From: a virus | Virus record (IMG/VR): IMGVR_UViG_3300020125_000277 | Span: 1-35,182 of that record | Direction: 5' to 3' (one strand) | DNA length: 35,182 nucleotides | Part shown: piece after piece, positions 6,139-16,379 of the stretch | Numbering within the stretch: the first letter of the stretch is position 1 | Layout of the letters: the number at the start of each line of letters is the position of its first letter | Notes under the pieces: generated by a model | The model's input: the letters and a program-made list of their open reading frames with translations, nothing else | What the model was told of the DNA's origin: nothing | Database searches by the model: none | Made by a program: the position numbers and the translations under genes

Positions 6139-6291
6139 TTTATGCCTCCAGCAGCAAAAAATAACTTAAATCTAATAAAAGAAAATCGGTTCCATCTAAC
6201 AATAGAAAGTGGCTTGTAGGTGGTGGCCCATGACCAGACAACCTTCCAAGAATAATTGTAAAAAGTGGAAAGTTAATTCTATGAAACTTAC

Positions 6292-6591
6292 TCATGAGTA
6301 CACACTTCCAGCCCATCCCATAGGAGTTGCCGTAGTAGTTCTAGGAGTACCATTAACGGTTGCAGAAGTAAGAATCTTTGTAGCTGCAATAGGATTATAT
6401 CCAAGCACAGCATAGGGCCACCACATTGTCTCACCAGCACTATTTTGATATACAATCCCACCTTCAGTTGCAGTCGACGGAAGAATAATATAAGAACTCA
6501 CAACAGGATAAGTAGAAGAAATAATTGATGAGAATGATGTATCTAGTACGACAAGTCCGGAATGACCACAGACGAAACCAAATGTTTGCAT
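6292..6591 (-). CDS. Hypothetical virion-module protein (99 aa)
   Basis: ATG with GGAG 8 nt upstream. Lies between the terminase and the fiber. No motif recognised. Confidence 0.5.
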   Translation of the reverse strand: MQTFGFVCGHSGLVVLDTSFSSIISSTYPVVSSYIILPSTATEGGIVYQNSAGETMWWPYAVLGYNPIAATKILTSATVNGTPRTTTATPMGWAGSVYS

Positions 6592-6609
6592 GACCGAATC
6601 TCCATATTC

Positions 6610-8055
6610 TTAGTGTATATTATATATCACCCCACGACCTCTGTCACCGACCAAACCATCATCAATTGCGATAGTCATGCTCTGAAACGCATCAACACCA
6701 TCTGATGCCCAATTATGCAATGGATGATCTTTATAAACTTGCAACTTCTCGTTATACTCTTTCTCATAGTTAGATAAACAATCTATTAATCTAACCGTTC
6801 CTTCCTTGTTAAACCGACAACGATAAATCATCTTCCTCATTTGTTGTATCGCTGCAATCTTACTATGCGGCTTAGTCGTCGCAATCATCATCTCACCCAT
6901 ATCACGAGCATAATCAATCGTGGTCTTTGTATGAGGAAACTTTACCGAATCAGAATCATGTGGCCCAAAGTGCGTTCTAATATGCAATCCATGCCTAATC
7001 ACTCTAGCCCTACATTCGTACATGTAGAAATCTAGTTCTTTATTATTGTCTTCAAAATAATCTATCAACACTGGATTACCATCATAATCCATCTGAAAGA
7101 TAATTACTGCGGTCTTGTCATTCATTCCAAGATCCCAAGCGGTATAACAAGGCGTATCATAAAGAATCAACTTACTAACAATCTTTTCATTTGTATCCAG
7201 ATAGTTTATTTCTCGCGCAAAATACCTAGTTTCTTGATTAATCTGTACATTGCCATAGTACTCTTGTTGTATGAGGTACTCTGGCATTCCTGCCAACCGA
7301 TCTTCTTCAATCATCTCATCAGTAACATACCTATTCCCATTTTCATCCACCAACGTCACAATCGATTCTGATATACAATGCCACTCATTCTTATCTTTAT
7401 TATCTCGTATCATCCGATAAAAATGATTCATTCCATTATATGTAGACTGACAAAACACCCATCCACCATTCTGTCGAAAGATAGGTAACAGTGTATAAAG
7501 AAAGTTCGGATTACAAAACGCAAACTCTGAAAGCACAGCACCCATTGGATTAATACCGCGCATCTTATCAGGGTCAATATCACTTCCAACCACCCAAATA
7601 ATAGAACCATTGGTCAAGGTGATAGTCATGTCAGAGTTATCAATCTTTGAAACGAGCTTTTTCGGTATCATCTCCAAAAATCTAAGGCTTGTCTTATCAG
7701 GCAGCGTAATCTGTCCTTGCCACAAAACTTTTTTAGCCCTAACGTTCGTAGGATACCCCATCAAATACATTCCTGGAGTCTCCACCGCCGCTGAAACTAA
7801 AAAGCTCCAACTTTCCACCTCCTTGCCAGACCGTCTTGGATATTGCGCCGCAATACGCTTTTTGCCTTCCAAGAATAGTGCCTTTTGATCACGGATCTGA
7901 TATGGCCTCATAGTAAGCGCTGGTATTCTTATTGATTCCTGATTGTCAAAAGTAACAAACAAGTACCCATCTTCATCCCTATGAGTACTATAAGTATCAG
8001 AGCATATCTGACCTATCTGCTTCTCCAGTGCCTCTATCTGCTTTCTAAGATGCAT
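6610..8055 (-). CDS. terL: Terminase large subunit
   Basis: 481 aa. N-terminal ATPase region with PRRSGKE (Walker A-like) and C-terminal nuclease-type acidic motifs. Its position after the fiber gene matches T7-like order. Confidence 0.85.
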   Translation of the reverse strand: MHLRKQIEALEKQIGQICSDTYSTHRDEDGYLFVTFDNQESIRIPALTMRPYQIRDQKALFLEGKKRIAAQYPRRSGKEVESWSFLVSAAVETPGMYLMGYPTNVRAKKVLWQGQITLPDKTSLRFLEMIPKKLVSKIDNSDMTITLTNGSIIWVVGSDIDPDKMRGINPMGAVLSEFAFCNPNFLYTLLPIFRQNGGWVFCQSTYNGMNHFYRMIRDNKDKNEWHCISESIVTLVDENGNRYVTDEMIEEDRLAGMPEYLIQQEYYGNVQINQETRYFAREINYLDTNEKIVSKLILYDTPCYTAWDLGMNDKTAVIIFQMDYDGNPVLIDYFEDNNKELDFYMYECRARVIRHGLHIRTHFGPHDSDSVKFPHTKTTIDYARDMGEMMIATTKPHSKIAAIQQMRKMIYRCRFNKEGTVRLIDCLSNYEKEYNEKLQVYKDHPLHNWASDGVDAFQSMTIAIDDGLVGDRGRGVIYNIH

Positions 8056-8062
8056 TAAAACC

Positions 8063-9640
8063 TCAAGAATAATATTCTATTACCCTAATAATTCCGCCTG
8101 CTCCTGCTCCACCAAAAGCTACTCCACCACCATATTGAGCTGCACCAGAACCACCACCACCATAATTAAAACCAGCATTACCATTGGAAGTATTTCCTGA
8201 CGTTGATATATAAGGTCCTGCAACACTTCCACTTAATTGACTAGCACCTCCAAATCCTCCAACTGTTGCATTTGCTCCCATTCCTGATCCACCTGATCCA
8301 CCTCTAATATTAATATCACCTCCAGTTGCAGTGCCTCCAGATTGACCGCCAACAACTACTGTTGAAATCGATCTTGAACCAAGTCCTGCAAGACCACCAT
8401 TCGCTACTAATAATGCTGTACCAAAAGTAGTCACATTACCATTATTACCATTCACATTACCAGCAGATCCAGAGGCGGCACCAGCTCCAACCACATAAGG
8501 ATAAGTTGCACTTGGTGAAATAATTCTTTTCATAAAATAACCACCAGCAGAACCACCACTACCAGCACCAACATTAGATCCACCAGTACCAGTTGTTCCA
8601 CCACCAGAAGCGCCACCACCAACACCAAACACATCAATATATAGAGCCCCTGCTGGTGTTGTGTATGTTCCAGAACCTGATGTAAATTGCTGTGCTGTAG
8701 GCGTCAATAAAGAAACAGAAGAAATAAACAAATTACTAATATAGAAACAATTATTCACACTATCAAAAATCAGATCTACAACAGCCCCAGCCAGTAAATC
8801 ACCTGCCTGCGCCGCTGAAGTTGGATTCCTTTTAATAACGACTGCACCTTTACCATTAATATTAATAGTTGGCGTTGTGGTTAAATTGGTATTGGCTACA
8901 ATAACATGCACTGCTTGACCATTTGCATATCTAAAATTTGAATTAGGAATCGTCAAAACCATCACATCAGCAGCGCCACTATCAAATCCAAATACATCCT
9001 TATAATCCAAATACTGTGCAACTGTAGTTCCTAACCCTTGAATAGTATCATAGTAACCAACCAACAAAGCACCTTCCGCAAGCGGTGCTTGTGATGCTAA
9101 TTGAGATCTTAAAAGAGATAGATCAGCATTCGTTTCAATCGTTGTAGCAACAATAGCCCCACCTAATCCACTCCATACTTGACCGTCTGCCAAAGGTGGA
9201 ACTTGGTTTGCATTCTCGTTAGGCAAAAATGTATCCACCACAAATTGTAATGCTCTTTGATTCAACAATGTATTGGTTTGTTGAGTAAATAATGTTACAC
9301 GCTCAAACGCCGTATCAAGATTTGCACCATTAAAATTCTGCGCAAGACTAAATTCTGTATCAATACTAATCTGTATCGTTCTTACAAGCGTAACAACATC
9401 TCCAGAGGCAGGAGCCACAACAAACACTACCGTACCACCAGTGGGCACCCCAGCGCCTGTTACATTGTAATCAGTTCCCAAAACCTGTAAGTCAGTGCTC
9501 GGATTAGCCGGTTGTCCTGCCGGAGTCACATAAACCGATATATCACTATCCAACAATATCAGATATGAGTAAACATAACTCACTGTCATACCATCAGCCT
9601 GATACTGATTAATCGTATTTTGTTGCGGTAAATTACTCAT
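8063..9640 (-). CDS. Tail fiber protein with a glycine-rich C-terminal domain (525 aa)
   Basis: The N-terminus (YQADGMTVSYVYSY...VTLVRT) resembles podophage fiber-anchoring domains. The C-terminal ~200 aa are GG.G-rich (GGGASGGGTTGTGGS...GGAGAGGIIRV). Confidence 0.7.
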   Translation of the reverse strand: MSNLPQQNTINQYQADGMTVSYVYSYLILLDSDISVYVTPAGQPANPSTDLQVLGTDYNVTGAGVPTGGTVVFVVAPASGDVVTLVRTIQISIDTEFSLAQNFNGANLDTAFERVTLFTQQTNTLLNQRALQFVVDTFLPNENANQVPPLADGQVWSGLGGAIVATTIETNADLSLLRSQLASQAPLAEGALLVGYYDTIQGLGTTVAQYLDYKDVFGFDSGAADVMVLTIPNSNFRYANGQAVHVIVANTNLTTTPTININGKGAVVIKRNPTSAAQAGDLLAGAVVDLIFDSVNNCFYISNLFISSVSLLTPTAQQFTSGSGTYTTPAGALYIDVFGVGGGASGGGTTGTGGSNVGAGSGGSAGGYFMKRIISPSATYPYVVGAGAASGSAGNVNGNNGNVTTFGTALLVANGGLAGLGSRSISTVVVGGQSGGTATGGDINIRGGSGGSGMGANATVGGFGGASQLSGSVAGPYISTSGNTSNGNAGFNYGGGGSGAAQYGGGVAFGGAGAGGIIRVIEYYS

Positions 9641-9660
9641 ATAAAATCCTCTTGATTAAA

Positions 9661-12051
9661 TTACACCCATGATAACTTTTTCTGCCCAGGTTGCATATAC
9701 GGCCTATCTCCCAACATCTCATCCACATAGGGCGCCACAATCGGTAGTGTATGAATTGGAAACGCATCCTTGATAAGCTGCTTTCCAGGCTTAAAGTTCC
9801 CATATGGAATCCCAAGCACCGTACTCACACTATTACTGATAAGCCGTAAGCTAGGACTGTTCATCATATCAACCGCCAAATCCTTCCCCTGCTTCTCCGT
9901 ATTCAACATCTTATAAAGCAACATGAAAGTCGGTTCCATCATCGATATATAGTAAACAGTTGCTTGAGAAGCGCTCATTCTAGATGGATCTGGCATGGAA
10001 AGCCCTTGAGACGCATAATCAAAAAAGTTCAACAAATAACTAATACCACTACTCGCCGCAATCATCTGTGCAGCCCAAGCAATCTTAGAAGTTGCACTAT
10101 CTTTATCCAAGAATCTTTGGGCATAAACTCTATCAATACCCGCTAGAGGATACCCTTTGAATTGCCCTATCAATCTCAACAATGATCCAACCGGTGTTCC
10201 TGGGTTTGTTCCCTGATATAACCAAGCCCGTTCAAACTCTCCTGGCGCAAGAACCGCGTTTTCGGATGCCACGTCAAACAATGAAAACACTTTACGATCA
10301 ATATCATTACGCATTTCCGTGAGTGGTATCTTAGAACCAGTCATTTGTTTCAGCGTAGCAAGTTCTTCATTCGTAATCTTTTGCACGCTATCCAAGGATA
10401 TAACGCGCTGGCGTCCTACTTTACTGCTGTACTTACGCACCAGTTCCCACTCATGCTCTCCAAGATACTTCTCTAACTGACCTTTGAAAGTGTTTGGAAG
10501 ATCATTCCACTTATACTCTGCATTACGCCCTAGCCTCGACATCATCATCGAAATAGCACTAACCTTCTTTCCGTTATCCAAAGCAGTAAGCCCGATCTTT
10601 CTATAAAATTGACCGCTGAATTTTTGCAGAGCTTCACTAGCATTGGCTGAATCAATATACCGACCTAAATAACCGAACTCATTTCGCAAAGAAAACTTCA
10701 TCATCGAAGCCGCTTCTTTCCGTAACTCAGTAGGGATTAAATTAAAACTATGCGCCAAATCATTAGAGAACGCACCCCAAAAATTATCACCCCACCGATT
10801 CGCCATTGCCGCAACACGCGACGCATCATTCAACGAAAGAAAAGGAAGCTTAACAAGGCGTGGCATGGCTGATACTACTCTGATGTTAGCAGTGATATTA
10901 GCCAGCGTGACACTCTCAGGAGCCGCATTAGCACCCATCACCTCACCGAAATACAACTCTACCTGGCGCTTCCAAAGACTCTCGGATATTACTTTTGGAA
11001 GACCCGCTTTTACTTGGGCCTTCATCAAGTCAAGATGCATGTTATAGGGGGAATCTCCCATAATACGAGCAGTTCCAATTCTCTTCCCTGAAACATGTAT
11101 ATCTCCGACAAGGGTTGAATAAAGATCGCCATCACCGTAAAGAGAATCATAAGCCCCCCAATTTCTCCAATCTTTAAAGTTATAGAATTGATGCTTTTTC
11201 TGAGCCATCGCTTCTCTATCATTTGCCACTAGAGATCGCGTAAATATCTCACTCTTTCTAGTCGTAATATTCTCAAACGAATTATCAATAATCTCATCAA
11301 TCTTTGCTTCATCAAAAGTTCCATCTAGGTTCTCCGCTTTGGTTCCGCTAAATGTTCTCTTATAATCCAACCTACTTTTAAGTTCTTTTCTCCACTTTTC
11401 TTTTGCCATAGAAACTGCATATTTCCCACGATCAACTGCAGCCATTACAGCATTACGACCTGCTTTTAATATTTTTGATAGATTATGATTATTACCTAAA
11501 AACCGATTGTTTTTTATTCCTTCAATTGGTAATGCTGTTGAATTAACTAATTCACCATTAACATAAGATTTATATTTTAAAATATGTTCTGCTGCTTCTT
11601 TTGATAATGGATTTAATGGTTCATGTCCATCTAAAGCCAATAATATATCTGATCTATTGTTTCTATCTTTAATATGAGTTAATACTTCAGCTTTCATTGA
11701 ATCAAATAACTGTTTGTTCAATTCTTGTTGCGCATGTCTCTGTCCTTGGGCAACGCTATCACCAAGACCTTTGTATCGCTTGATATATATTGCAGCAAGA
11801 TCAGTTGTTTTGCTTTTTATCTTATCTACTAGACTTTCAAACTTTTCTATGTTTTTTACCATTGTCGCATTACGATTAAACATTTCTGCAAGCTTCTCAT
11901 CGCCAATTAGTTTCATGGCATCTGGAATGGATATGCTATCCTCTTCTGCTTTTCGTATAACTTGAACCGCATATTCGTGAAGTTCTTCATCACTGAAATG
12001 ATCCATCTCTTTTCTAGCAGTTGCGATACATTCTTTACTAATCTTGGCCAC
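9661..12051 (-). CDS. Internal virion / DNA-ejection protein (796 aa, gp16-position)
   Basis: Size and position in the T7-like order. Hydrophobic C-terminal segments. No enzymatic motif recognised. Confidence 0.55.
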   Translation of the reverse strand: MAKISKECIATARKEMDHFSDEELHEYAVQVIRKAEEDSISIPDAMKLIGDEKLAEMFNRNATMVKNIEKFESLVDKIKSKTTDLAAIYIKRYKGLGDSVAQGQRHAQQELNKQLFDSMKAEVLTHIKDRNNRSDILLALDGHEPLNPLSKEAAEHILKYKSYVNGELVNSTALPIEGIKNNRFLGNNHNLSKILKAGRNAVMAAVDRGKYAVSMAKEKWRKELKSRLDYKRTFSGTKAENLDGTFDEAKIDEIIDNSFENITTRKSEIFTRSLVANDREAMAQKKHQFYNFKDWRNWGAYDSLYGDGDLYSTLVGDIHVSGKRIGTARIMGDSPYNMHLDLMKAQVKAGLPKVISESLWKRQVELYFGEVMGANAAPESVTLANITANIRVVSAMPRLVKLPFLSLNDASRVAAMANRWGDNFWGAFSNDLAHSFNLIPTELRKEAASMMKFSLRNEFGYLGRYIDSANASEALQKFSGQFYRKIGLTALDNGKKVSAISMMMSRLGRNAEYKWNDLPNTFKGQLEKYLGEHEWELVRKYSSKVGRQRVISLDSVQKITNEELATLKQMTGSKIPLTEMRNDIDRKVFSLFDVASENAVLAPGEFERAWLYQGTNPGTPVGSLLRLIGQFKGYPLAGIDRVYAQRFLDKDSATSKIAWAAQMIAASSGISYLLNFFDYASQGLSMPDPSRMSASQATVYYISMMEPTFMLLYKMLNTEKQGKDLAVDMMNSPSLRLISNSVSTVLGIPYGNFKPGKQLIKDAFPIHTLPIVAPYVDEMLGDRPYMQPGQKKLSWV

Positions 12052-13844
12052 TATTTAGCTCCTAATATGCATTTAATTAAATCTTCTAATGCTTTCCCCG
12101 ACTTTTTGAATTGCCTTACTTTATTGTGATACATCTCAAATTCTTTCTTTTGGTTAGGTGCTTTTTCTGCTAGCTCTGCAACGAAATCCTGCTGCTCCTG
12201 TAGCGTTCTTTCTAGATCGGCAGGGATTTTACTTGCAGCATCAATTTTCTGCTCAGTAGTCTTTATTTTCTCTCCTAGAGGTGTTTTTATAGGCTTCATG
12301 CTTTCCATGCGTTCTTTCATGTAAGTGATCACATTATCAGGATTAGCCGATTTCTCGATAGGTAGCTCTACTTCTTTCCTAATATTGTCCAGAGCCTCTT
12401 TAATCATTTGCTGGCGCTCGAACTGCTCTTCCAGTTTCACGCGATCCATTAAAGATCGTGCTTGCGGCCAATGGTCAGCGAGTTCTTGTAATCGTTGATA
12501 AGAGCGGCTTTTCAAAGGATGGCGATATTCCTTCTTCGTTAGAAGTTTGTGGGCTATATCTGCCAGTTCTTCTTTAGGGGTGAGAACCTTTGGGATTTTA
12601 GATTGGAGTTCTTCTATACGGCGCTCTGTCTGCTTGTTTGGAGATTTCTTTTTCAGTTCTGCGATACGGTGCTCTAGGCGTAACTTCTTTTCTAAGTTCT
12701 CCGGTAATGTGAAAGGGAGTTGAGAAACGTGCGATTCCTCTCTGGAGAGCTTCTTAATTGCTTTTTGTATTTCAGGCTGCGACAAGAAAGAATTATTTAA
12801 TATCCGTCCTTCCATATTCTTGGTATGTAAACGATCTGCTTCGGATATGATAGATTCTCGTAACTGCATCTTGCTAGTCATAAAATCATCATATGCCCGC
12901 AACATAGCTTGTGACTTTGGATTCGATCGAATCTCATCAATTCTATTGTTCACAATATAGTCTATCAAATAGTTTTTACTAGACGGACTTACATCTGACG
13001 TCATACTATCCGTTACTGCAATCTGTAAGTTCTTTACATCGGATTCATTTAATAAGTTGAACTCAACTTCATGCTTTACCGGATTAACGTTAAATCCTTC
13101 TTGTTGCAAAATCTTTGTCGCTCTTTTTTCTATGTTCTCTATGGTATCTATAGCATTAGAAACATCATGATCCCATTTTTCTGCCTCAGTCATTGCTTTT
13201 GGTTCTGGTAAAATCTCTTCTAATTTCGGAGTTTCAACTTTCACCCTAATACCTTTTCGCAATCCAAGCAGTATGGGTATCGATCCTATTCCAAACCCAA
13301 GTCCCCCCATAGCATGAGCAACATTCGCAGAACCTTCTTCAAACGCCATTGGAATGCCAGCAAACTCTGCACTAAGTGTAGCATGTGCTAATCGTTCGCC
13401 AATCTCACCAACCAATAAAGGCTTACCACTAATGATGCCTGTGCCAACTTGTCTCTCAAGAAATGGAACCACCGCTTTCGGTGCAATAGCGCGAGCACCA
13501 ACAGCCACACCTTTAGCAATACCACCACCCACCGCACCGAGAGCCAGAACTGGCGGACTCAACCCATAACCAATCATATCGGAAATAAAGTTACCGGCAC
13601 GCTGACCAAACGATTGTCCTTCTACGGATCGTTCGCGTTCTATTAACTCCAGCGTTTCTTTCAGTTCCTTATTCTCTGGAAGTCCACCAGCCTTTCTTGC
13701 GAAATCACCAATGAACTTGTAACCCGTAATGAAACCACCTTGACCAGAACGAAACATAGAAGTAAGTGGCGTTGGCTTTGTGAGTAGGCCATTATCATAA
13801 ATGTTGCTTATTGATTGATCAGTAACACGATAATCACCTAGCAT
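12051..13844 (-). CDS. Internal virion protein with a Gly/Ala-rich membrane-like segment and a long charged coiled coil (597 aa)
   Basis: Segments GYGLSPPVLALGAVGGGIAKGVAVGA and GGLGFGIGSIPILLGL, then a K/E-rich helical region. One-nt overlap with the next gene. Confidence 0.55.
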   Translation of the reverse strand: MLGDYRVTDQSISNIYDNGLLTKPTPLTSMFRSGQGGFITGYKFIGDFARKAGGLPENKELKETLELIERERSVEGQSFGQRAGNFISDMIGYGLSPPVLALGAVGGGIAKGVAVGARAIAPKAVVPFLERQVGTGIISGKPLLVGEIGERLAHATLSAEFAGIPMAFEEGSANVAHAMGGLGFGIGSIPILLGLRKGIRVKVETPKLEEILPEPKAMTEAEKWDHDVSNAIDTIENIEKRATKILQQEGFNVNPVKHEVEFNLLNESDVKNLQIAVTDSMTSDVSPSSKNYLIDYIVNNRIDEIRSNPKSQAMLRAYDDFMTSKMQLRESIISEADRLHTKNMEGRILNNSFLSQPEIQKAIKKLSREESHVSQLPFTLPENLEKKLRLEHRIAELKKKSPNKQTERRIEELQSKIPKVLTPKEELADIAHKLLTKKEYRHPLKSRSYQRLQELADHWPQARSLMDRVKLEEQFERQQMIKEALDNIRKEVELPIEKSANPDNVITYMKERMESMKPIKTPLGEKIKTTEQKIDAASKIPADLERTLQEQQDFVAELAEKAPNQKKEFEMYHNKVRQFKKSGKALEDLIKCILGAK

Positions 13845-15936
13845 GGGTTACCATTCCTTTTAATATTTCAGAACCACGGAATACTTTTCGTCTATCAATA
13901 GCAGTTTCTTGTTCTATTCTATTATTCTCGACTACGGAATGCGCTACTAGTGCTTGTGATAGCGGTTGACTGAAAGCAGGATTTCCGTATTGATCTTGCG
14001 CAACGATAAGATTATCTGGAGTAATCACCACGTAGAGGGGATTAACGTCTTGTGTTTGTCTAAAGTCTACATTAGAAGCGCCAGGATTACGCTTTCTCAT
14101 GGCTTCATAAGCTTGTGCTTTTGCATATTGCGCTACAGATGCCCATTCATAATCGCTAACTTGGGGCTGCTGTTTACGATTAAAAGCAAAATCAGAGCTG
14201 CTATAAATATCATACCCTTTAGCATATTCTTTACCCCACTCTTCAATGTCCTTCCTATAGTTCTTAAGATCTAGCTCACCACGACGTAAGGACGCATATC
14301 GCACGGCATTGACAGTGGCATTCACTAAGGCGCCGCTGCGTTCTTCTCCTGGTTTGGATCGGAAATGAGAATTGTAAGTATTAATCTTTTCAATATTAGG
14401 ATCTGCATACACATCCGCTTTCACCAAGGATTCTGCTATACCTTCCTTTCCAAGCTGTAATGGAGACCAATCAATCTTTTCTTGATTAGCTGCTATTAAT
14501 TCCTGACGTTTAGCATTAGAAGTTTTCCCTTCCAGTATACCGACAGTATATGCGATTTCTTTTTGTTCTGGTGTCTTCATGGCTTGGGAAACGTAGATAC
14601 GATTTCTGGAATTGTAGTGATCAATGGTTTGCAATAATTGCATGGGATCACCACCCTCACCAAAAGAACTTTGTGCACGCTGAATAACTGGCGATGCAAT
14701 AGGCATTATCTTATCATTAGGAATATTCTTGGCTATTCCAACCGATACCATCTTGTCTGCGTATTGGTTATCGAAATCTCGAAGGAATGCTTCTTTTTGT
14801 TCTGGTGAGTAAGATTCATTGGTTTGCACAGAATTGATTTGCATGTTGTGCTCATAGGTTGCAGAGGCACCCAATGGCGTTGTTGACATCATGTTGAGAT
14901 ATTTATCAGGCGTGAAACGCTCAAAGAAATTATCTAAATATGCTTTGGCAGCACGTTCTTCGGTAGAAAGAACATAATCTTTCTTGCTATCCAATGATTG
15001 GTGAACCGATTCCATTTCATCCCATGAAGCACCAGAATTGAATCTTGCTTTCACATCTCTCACCACATCACGAATCATTTTCACTTCTTCACGTTCTGCT
15101 TTTGAAAGATTCATAAATCGCAATGGATCTGGTGGTCTATCATTATATAATGCTGCTTTCACATCACTGAAGTTACGCTGATTTATTTCATGGCTGTATA
15201 GAAAATTGCTTGATTCATCACTAGGTGCGCCAACTTGACCAAAGGTGTTTCGTTGATCAAAACGTGTATTAGCTTTGTGAAACTCTTTGGCAGTATGCTT
15301 TTCTTCATCCTGGTAGAGATCGTGCGCTTCTTTGGCAACGTTAACTGTTTCGTGAAGCGTATCAAGATAAGATTCATATTGATGCGATGTAAGAAATCCG
15401 TTGGTCAAAGCATCGGTCAGAATCTTTTGGGAGTTCTCGTATTGATAGTCGAGCTCTTTCTCACCTTTGTTCCAAGAATCTTGTATCTGTTGCAGCTTCT
15501 CAGGCCATTGGGATCCAAAAGCAATCATTCCTTGTGTTCGGGCATGGTCTGACTTTATCTTTAGCCCCTGAGCTTCTATATCGGTTATATCGTTATTGGC
15601 GAGGTACTCTAAACGTTTACGGTCGCTATCATTCATGGGGGTTTGCTGAACGATATTTTTTACATCGGAGATAGCGCCTTCCATGAGTGGAATAACTTGA
15701 TCTGGGTTCTTCAAGAAATCAGACTGAATGATGTGCTTCATCCGATAGATTTGATTGGTGGCATTGTAAAGGCTGGCGTTACTCTTCTCGTTGTTTATCT
15801 CGATTACTTTCTCAAAAGATTTTTGCGCAATCTTGCCAAAGACTGAAGATAATGCTTCTGTACCTTCAGAGCCTGACGGAGTCTGTACTTGTCTAAAAGG
15901 ACGCTGTGCCCCTTTCAGTTGTGTAAATTCTGCCAT
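13834..15936 (-). CDS. Internal virion protein (700 aa)
   Basis: Position between the small internal protein and the 597-aa protein, with an 11-nt overlap. No motif recognised. Confidence 0.55.
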   Translation of the reverse strand: MAEFTQLKGAQRPFRQVQTPSGSEGTEALSSVFGKIAQKSFEKVIEINNEKSNASLYNATNQIYRMKHIIQSDFLKNPDQVIPLMEGAISDVKNIVQQTPMNDSDRKRLEYLANNDITDIEAQGLKIKSDHARTQGMIAFGSQWPEKLQQIQDSWNKGEKELDYQYENSQKILTDALTNGFLTSHQYESYLDTLHETVNVAKEAHDLYQDEEKHTAKEFHKANTRFDQRNTFGQVGAPSDESSNFLYSHEINQRNFSDVKAALYNDRPPDPLRFMNLSKAEREEVKMIRDVVRDVKARFNSGASWDEMESVHQSLDSKKDYVLSTEERAAKAYLDNFFERFTPDKYLNMMSTTPLGASATYEHNMQINSVQTNESYSPEQKEAFLRDFDNQYADKMVSVGIAKNIPNDKIMPIASPVIQRAQSSFGEGGDPMQLLQTIDHYNSRNRIYVSQAMKTPEQKEIAYTVGILEGKTSNAKRQELIAANQEKIDWSPLQLGKEGIAESLVKADVYADPNIEKINTYNSHFRSKPGEERSGALVNATVNAVRYASLRRGELDLKNYRKDIEEWGKEYAKGYDIYSSSDFAFNRKQQPQVSDYEWASVAQYAKAQAYEAMRKRNPGASNVDFRQTQDVNPLYVVITPDNLIVAQDQYGNPAFSQPLSQALVAHSVVENNRIEQETAIDRRKVFRGSEILKGMVTHAR

Positions 15937-15939
15937 GTA

Positions 15940-16371
15940 TTATCCTTTCTTGGAGATTGATTTTGATAATTCAGCAAAGTTAAAGCCAGTTTGGGCAATA
16001 TCGCCAAACAATGATGCATAAAGAGTTTTTTTGACATTTTCTTTTTCAATCTTTATGCCACGTTGGAATATTGATTCTTCTAAATTTAGATTCTTTTCCT
16101 CTTTAGCAACCTTATTAATCGTTCCGCGTTGTATTGCTTCAAAGCTAAGAGATCCAATACCAATACCTTTTGCTGACGCCTCAGCTTGTTGAGTATGCAA
16201 TGTTTGTTCAAGAATATCATAATTTGATAATAATTCTTGTTGGTGACGAATAGTGGATTGCTTTGCTTGCAAGTCTAAAGAACGCAATCGTGATTCAGCA
16301 GCAGAGTTCTTTTGAAATGCTGAAAACCCTTGAAATACCGTAGCCATTGCAAACCATGGCACATCAAACAT
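15940..16371 (-). CDS. Small internal virion protein (143 aa)
   Basis: Directly downstream of the nozzle gene, at the gp13/14 position of T7-like order. Helical, with a hydrophobic N-terminus. Confidence 0.45.
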   Translation of the reverse strand: MFDVPWFAMATVFQGFSAFQKNSAAESRLRSLDLQAKQSTIRHQQELLSNYDILEQTLHTQQAEASAKGIGIGSLSFEAIQRGTINKVAKEEKNLNLEESIFQRGIKIEKENVKKTLYASLFGDIAQTGFNFAELSKSISKKG

Positions 16372-16379
16372 AAAACCCC